From positions 124,001 to 188,000 of the forward strand of contig JBEUKZ010000019.1 in the NCBI GenBank assembly GCA_048128005.1: a DNA stretch of 64,000 nt. The letters run 5' to 3'. Positions 57,353-64,000 of the stretch are shown here, one piece after another (within the stretch, counting starts at the first letter, position 1; each line of letters opens with the position of its first letter). The notes beneath the pieces were generated by a model. That model did not search any database. It was not told the origin of the DNA and saw nothing but the letters and a program-made list of their open reading frames with translations. Made by a program: the position numbers and the translations under genes. The DNA is from Veleropilina oligotropha (taxonomy: Eukaryota).

Positions 57353-58689
57353 ATAAAGATATAGAAAAAATGAAATTGAATGTTTTGTCACATGAATTTG
57401 ACATTTAAGATAAAATAAATACACATGGAGTTAGCTACATTAGATTCAATGTTATTGATCATAGTATCATTATGTACTAGTCACACGATTGATGAATAAA
57501 TGCACCAAATTAAACTTGAGAGTTAACATGAATGCCCTGCGCACACTCTGCCCGTATGTTGCAGTGAAGAATATAAAGGAATATTTGGAGCTGTGTGAAC
57601 GTTAATGATTACATTATATTAACGTTGCTATTATTTCTTTTTAACATTCCTAATGATATATATATATATAATACCTATGGCCAGAACTTTGTCGTTTCTT
57701 CCTTTGATTGTTACAGGAAGGTGTCTCCGTACTGAAGCGGAATGAAGGATAATGGTGAACATGTATTTTTAATACAGCAATTTTGACCTACCATACATGA
57801 CGGTCTATCAAATAATTCCAATCATGTAATATGTAACTATACAGGAGCAGTCATTCTTTAATATAATAAGATATTTAAAAATAAACGTGATGGTGTATGA
57901 TATTGCTCATAATATATATCATTATACATGTATTAATACACTTGTAATGTGAACACATCAACACGGGTTATGCTGGGGCAGAATCCGAGGTGAGGCCAAC
58001 TCAAAATTATTTCGAGTTGTAGTGTGAAAGCAGTATAATTTGGACTTGGCCACTGTGCATCCCGGATCAGATCTTTGAAGAGCGTTTTGATATTAAACCA
58101 ACTACTGGCTATTAGACCCATCTGCAGAGACGATAATTCGAGACCACACCAGGCTCGAGAAGTGGCATATGTAGTCTATGTAGAACAGCATCGCGACCCC
58201 CCCCCCCCCTTGGCGTGACATGGGTCCATGGAGAACATCCGGGACATCATGGGGACACGTAGATCGATCCGGGTTTCGGGATATAGATCTCTATGCCGCA
58301 ATGTATTAGCGATAATATACATGTTCGTTTTCTTACTATTGGGCATATTGCATATATCAATATCTTTTCTGATCGAAACCGGATAAAAATAAATGCTTAA
58401 TCGCTTCATGGGATGTTAGACCACAGTTCCTAATACGTTACAAAAATTCGAAAAATGAAGAAAATCACCAACTAAATACACATTTAGTAATATTCATGCT
58501 ATTTGCGAGATCAAGGATCACATTCATTATTATTCGCTATCCGGAAATAGTTGCGACTATAAAATACAACTCGAAATGAATCTTACTACTTTGCCGGATT
58601 CTCACCCGAACCATACTCACAAGCAAACGTTTCAACCCGGGATGAAACTGAGTTAAAGCCAAGTGCGAAAGCGGCTTTAGAGTCATTGA

Positions 58690-59100
58690 ACAGTCAACCC
58701 CAAATCATGACTTTATCGCCCATAAAAGCGAACGGTGAAACGATTGATAATTTCTGCGTGTGTGGGCCATGTTCCTGTGCATCTACACCGAATACGTCTG
58801 TCTGTGATGAGCAAAGAGAAACATCTATCATCCGACCAGTGAATCTTTCATCATGTCGTCGGATTTTAGCCACGTCTCACCAAACATTATGGCAATCGGT
58901 GGTCACGATGAATACTATATTGATAGCAATATACGCCGCTTTATCATCCCCTGAGATCAAGGCTGCAGATCTGAGTCGATTCTTCAATGACCTTGAGGAC
59001 AGCTGCCTCTGCGGAATTCAGTTCTCCTTCAGAAAGTTCTCAGTTGTTGAAGCGGGGTTTTGCCTATTATAAATCAAGCGTACAGGGCGTTCGCGCGGCA
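58690..59100 (-). pseudogene. Highly decayed Tc1/mariner-like transposase remnant (tentative)
   Basis: Minus-strand fragments SSRSLKNRLRSAAL, DRRIRCR and KVMIWG in shifting frames. Confidence 0.4.
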
Positions 59101-60006
59101 CACGAGGCCGTCCATACCTTCGACTCCCCTTTGGTTCATTCGCTAGACCATATTATGTACTTCACTTCGCATGCTCTTGCTGTTCGTGTATTATCCTTGT
59201 ATGTAGGCGCTCAACGGACATTTACCAAATGTTGTCCAACTATATAAAAGAATGAAACATCCATCTATTTGGTTACCATCATAATAAACCAGAAGGGCCG
59301 TGCAAACCATATCAGCGCTTACCAAGTAAAATACGGTCTGGAGTAACCAAAACATTACCGTGAAATGCAAGATGCATGCAATTGTAATATCGATCTTCTT
59401 GTATGCATGTACTGCTTCAAATGAGAATACTGGCCTTAAAGATGAGATGTCACAGTAAAATAATGGGCATGTCCTCACTGAAAACCTCACCAATGACGAA
59501 GTCCGCAAGAACATCCGACAGCACGTTGGTCCATTCGAAGGTCTCCTGTCAACAACGAAGATGAAACTGAAATGGTCACGTAACACGATCCAGTAGCCTT
59601 ACCAAAACCATCCTTCAGGGAACTGTAGAGGGAAAAAGAACAGAAAACGATGGGCTGTCAACATCATTAGCAGCAGGGGGGGTGACCATACCTTTTATGT
59701 GGGGGCGCGGCGAGGGAAATTAAGGCTCCCAGCACCTTTTCAGAATTAATATGGATCTCAACTCAGCAGCAGGGGGGGTGATTGGACTTTTTAGAATGGG
59801 AAAATAAGGCTCCCAGCACTATTTCAGAACTCAGGGTAGCTCGGACTAGTCAGCAGGGGAGTTTAGACTAGGGCCCCGGGGGGACCGTGGAGGCTCCCAG
59901 CACCCTTTCAGACCCCAGGGTATATCGTGTATTACAAAAAGTTACCGTGTGTACAGCGACATAGAGCCCCCAGGGACGGCCCACTACCCTCGCCGGCCCG
60001 GGCTCC

Positions 60007-60207
60007 TCAGTTATGCGAGCAGTAGTAGGGGGGGTGAGTTTGATTTCGTGCAACTCCCTTTCTACCGTCTTTGGTCTTCTTCTTATATATCGCTTGTTCA
60101 CCATTGTCGAGTGCAACGATCAAAACGTTATAGCCCCGGTTTAAGAGGTTTTTAACGCGCCTGAAGCTCCGTTCGCTGTACAGCGTAGGAATGTCTTCCT
60201 GTGGCAT
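60007..60207 (-). CDS. Small basic protein in the left subterminal region (N-terminus homologous to the KAPA ORF of copy 1)
   Basis: MPQEDIPTLYSERSFRR vs MPQKDVPMLRSVKSSRR; shared upstream cggcatgttagacg.tgtgtagttatacttgaaa.caacATG. Confidence 0.45.
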   Translation of the reverse strand: MPQEDIPTLYSERSFRRVKNLLNRGYNVLIVALDNGEQAIYKKKTKDGRKGVARNQTHPPYYCSHN

Positions 60208-60308
60208 GTTGCTTTCAAGTATAACTACACAACGTCTAACATGCCGGTTATTTCTCACCGGGCTCGATATCTTAATGTCATAATCTCTATTAGAGACTGG
60301 TATATGCG

Positions 60309-60602
60309 ATGATAACCGCTATCAATATGTGGGGCACTGATACCTGTCAATGGCTCACCATCAGCTCCACGGAGCTATGTGGTAAGCGATGTCTGAGCGA
60401 GTATTGCAAAGTCCACCTGGCTCGGCAACGGCGAAATGGCCGGGGCACAAAACCCTGCAGCAAATGCGGGAAGGGCGTTTTCAACCGGTTTACGCTGTGT
60501 AAGGGCTGTGGGTATCAGACTGCGAACGCTAAAGACTGGAAACGGAAGAACCGACCCTTCGAGAGAGAGTTTCTCCGTATGGCTGCAATTTACCACACAT
60601 AA
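60309..60602 (+). CDS. Small Cys/His zinc-finger protein
   Basis: Homolog of 26142-26417. Confidence 0.75.
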   Translation: MITAINMWGTDTCQWLTISSTELCGKRCLSEYCKVHLARQRRNGRGTKPCSKCGKGVFNRFTLCKGCGYQTANAKDWKRKNRPFEREFLRMAAIYHT

Positions 60603-60650
60603 ATCTCCAATTAGAGAAGTAAAGATCCTAGTGTATACCCCCCCAGCAAC

Positions 60651-63600
60651 ATGGATGACCTGCGCAATCTAGCGAAAGATTATGGGATTCCCGCTCGGTC
60701 GAAGCTCAAGAAGCACGACCTCATCAGGGCAATCGCCGGGGTCCGTGCTGCGGAGTTTCGGAGGAGACTCGAGCGGGCGATGAAGACTGGAAGGTTCCCC
60801 TCCATACGTGGAGATATGGAGAACCCCCACAAAAGAGGCCGACGTGCTCGCGAGTTGCGGCAGATTAAGGACGAGGTCGACGCCGCCCTGCAGGCTCGTA
60901 AATACGAATCCCAGGCTGAGAAAAATCCCGGGATTCGACTGAAGCCACTTCGCGCCATCACGGATCGAATCGTCAAGCGGTCTCGGAAAGAGACCCTTGC
61001 CCATGCTATTGCTCGGAAGGGGCCCGATCTTCTCATCTCCAAAACGCCCCGGACAGCCCAGGACTATCAGAAGGATCTTCTAGGGCAATTTACCACACCC
61101 GAGGGACAACGATTCATCGACCTGGATGACCAGGTCCCTCCCCCAGTAAGGCTCCCAGCAAAAGAGCCATGGGTGGAACTCTTGAGCGACGCCAAAGACG
61201 AGTTTGAGGTCGATGGCGCCGCGGCGGCTTTCTCCACATGGAGGGTAGAAGTGGCTGGCCCTGGATGCCCGTATGACAGATGCAAGGGCGGCACAGCTCC
61301 TCACAGCCCTTCCAAAGGGCGAGTTTCTCCTTAGGATAAAGTTCTTGCGTGAGTGGGGTGAAGGTGACTGGGTGGTCGAAGACAAGTTTGACCCGGTGAA
61401 GGCTGCGAGAAAGAAGGGCCAGGGTGTCTTTGAGATCTCTCAGGATACTAAGCCGGGTGCTATCACTGGGGTCGACAAGGTCTACTACGAGAATGCCTAC
61501 CCGGTCACTGCAGTCGTCTACGGCCTCTACCCTCTCAGAGAACCAAACCCCGCCAACCTGGTTCCGATGAAGAACGGCGACCTCAACTGCGTTGCCCAAC
61601 GAGTGGTTGAGCACTTCGAAGGTGCCCTTAGAGGACACGGACTCACCCCGACAAGGCGGCAGAAAATACTGGAGTGGGAAGAGCGAGTCCATGTAACAGG
61701 CGCCACCGTGGATGATATAGCTACCCTCGAGAAGATCCTCAAACGGGCGATCACCTTGAGAGACATTGCCGGTGAGGACATCTACAACAGTGGGAAATAC
61801 CAGGCCAGTATGTGGAAGTCCATAGAACTCATCTGTCACAACGGCCACGCCTGGTCGAAGGACCTACACTTCCCGCAAAGTAGAGAGGTCCACCTGTATG
61901 AGGGCGATGTCTGGGAAGCTATTCGACAAGCCACACAGAATGAGCCATTGGCTGTCTGGCTCCTAGGCGGTAAAGACCGACAGCTCGGCGTGGACCAGTT
62001 CGTGCTGCAAGATGGCCGCACTTACCGGACAAAAGAGGCTCACGAGAGACTCCAAGAAGCCTGTACAGCGCTGGGGAATGAGTCCCTAGCCGATCGAGCC
62101 TTTGGCGAGAACCATGCAGCTAGCATTATGACCAAGGAGACTAACGGCTGGAAACCCACCCCAGCGACCCTGCTCGATGATATCCAGAAGGCCTGCGTAG
62201 AGCATGGTCACGGCGGCCTTTGGAATTCCATGAATTACGACACGGGCGATATCTGCTGCATCGACATGAAAGCCTGCTACCCTGCCAGCTTTCTGGGGCA
62301 GGGCGAGGCTAAGCCCTATTTCGAAAGATTCGGGCACCCACTCCACAGCATGACCCGGGTCGCAATAAACGGTCCTCTTCCCGAAGATATCGGCACCGGG
62401 TTTGCTGAGGTCGTGGGGTGGGAGTTCGCACAAGACATCCACCCCGTCATCCCCGCCTGGTTTGGCAAGCACTTTGCAGAAAATAGCTGGGCACCAACCC
62501 CGCTGCTCGCCTTCCTCGTAGAATCTGGACTGCTAAAAAGCCTCAAGATCCGAGAGGCCATTATCGCATTCAAAGCCCAGACCGATGTCTGGCTTCCGGA
62601 GAATCGTGACCAGGGCTGCAGTATCATCGGCAAATTCACCCAAGGCGCCAAGGCCGAGGATAAACGATTGACACGGAGGCTTGTGATTGACCAGGGAGAG
62701 CTCGACTTCCTGGTACGAGACACCCGCCAAAGCGGTACCCTGGTCGGCGCACCTCAAAGGTGCCCTATGGGGCACATCCTCACGTACTATGATGGCTCGC
62801 AGCCACAGTACACCCACCTGAGGGCCAGCATGTTGGCCTATGCCCACATAAACCTCTTGAGCATGGTCCAGCGTTTCAGTGCAGCAGAAGCCGTCCGGGT
62901 AGCCACTGACAGCATCTACCTCAAGAAGGCCTCGTTGGAGAAGCTCGACGATGTCACAGTGTACGTTGCCCCCAAACTCTGCGACTGTCGCAGCCAATCG
63001 TGCGTCTCATGTCTGATCGGGGAGCCGTACCTTCCGCCAGTAGCACCGGCCCAGTGGCGTGACAAGGGCGAACAGCTGTATATGCCACAGGAACATGCCG
63101 CATACCTACCCAAGCCAGAGTATTGTTGTGCCGCCAATTCCAGCCAGCCGAGCACCGCGCCATGCTACAATGACACACTGACCCACCATCGCCTGAGTTA
63201 CCTCAACGGTGGAGGGGGCTGTGGCAAGACTACGAGAGCGATCGAGCTCTTTCGGGCAAGGAATCCCGTCGTGTTCACACCAACCCACCGCCTCGCTAAA
63301 GAGATGCGGACCAGAGGCGTCAAAGCCCAGACCTACCACAGCTTCTTCCGATGGAGCGGCCAGAACGACTGGATGCCTGACCGCATGGGTCAGAAGTTCA
63401 TCCCGCGCGTCATTATCTGGGACGAGGTCTGTACTGTTCCGCGGCACATTCTAGAGATGTTCTTGGACTGGCTGGGCCGCCACGAAGTGCAGGTTATCTG
63501 CTGTGGCGATCAAGGCCAGCCACCACCAATTACGGGCGAGATGCCGCACGATTGGCTGCGAAAGACTGCGGACTACTATGAAGAGATCGAAGTAGACTAC

Positions 63601-64000
63601 AGGGCGAAAGACGACCCTGCCCTCCAAGCCCTGAAAAGACGGATACGTCTCCAGCCCGACAAAGTCCAGTGCGGCGAGATGCGACGGACGCTCCCTAGCT
63701 GCCTTGGATGGGATCGGTTCGTCAACACCTGGAAGCCAGGCGACCTAATCCTCACCAGCCGTCAGAAGGTCCGCGAACGGGCTCAACAGCTGTTGCTCCA
63801 GAGGCACAAGGAGCACTTCCCAGACTCCCTGGTACCTATCCTGTACCACCCCAGGGACACCCGTAAGCAAAACATCATGGTAACGATTCCGGGCACCAGC
63901 GACAGAGAGGAGCTAGTTCTGAACGACGTCGTCAAGGTCACCATTGACGCCGCTGAGCGGGCTATCCTGACCCCGGATTGGCGCCTGGGCTATGCTCTCA
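60651..64000 (+). pseudogene. PolB-SF1 helicase of copy 3 with Rho-N/HEH-like N-terminus; 8-bp deletion frameshift at about 61258; 3' truncated by window
   Basis: Copy 2 has GTGGCTGGACGGCTGGCCCTG where copy 3 has GTGGCTGGCCCTG. The downstream frame (61261-64000) matches the copy 2 protein through AILTPDWRLGYAL. Confidence 0.85.

Larger units (their letters stand above)
59669..64000 (+). mobile_element. Endogenous Polinton-like virus, copy 3 (left end; continues beyond the window)
   Basis: AGCAGCAGGGGGGG terminus (twice: about 59669 and 59765), TIR modules, zinc-finger gene and polymerase-helicase collinear with copy 2. Confidence 0.9.

Overview
This is AT-rich animal (invertebrate-like) genomic DNA carrying three same-orientation, GC-rich copies of an endogenous Polinton-like/adintovirus-like DNA virus. 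Copy 1 is a right end (1-5026). Copy 2 is apparently complete at about 15.3 kb with AG...CT terminal inverted repeats (25080-40373). Copy 3 is a left end (about 59669-64000). The element encodes a divergent family-B polymerase fused to an SF1 helicase, with an HNH-type nuclease frame opening exactly at the helicase stop (probable tripartite replicase). It also encodes an rve integrase, an A32-like packaging ATPase, major and minor capsid proteins, several membrane proteins (one with tandem PSAP + LYPxL late-domain motifs), a fast-diverging secreted 8-Cys protein, and a small (KAPA)n histone-H1-like ORF. No maturation protease is recognisable. Host DNA between the copies holds a multi-exon acyl-CoA thioesterase (ACOT/BAAT family) gene ending in -SKL, three CR1/L2-type LINE fragments, a Helentron-type non-autonomous element with a 158-bp satellite, a decayed intron-containing Harbinger transposase, a tRNA-derived SINE, MITEs, long palindromes and minisatellites. 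All assignments come from motif reading and copy-to-copy comparison by eye; no database searches were run.
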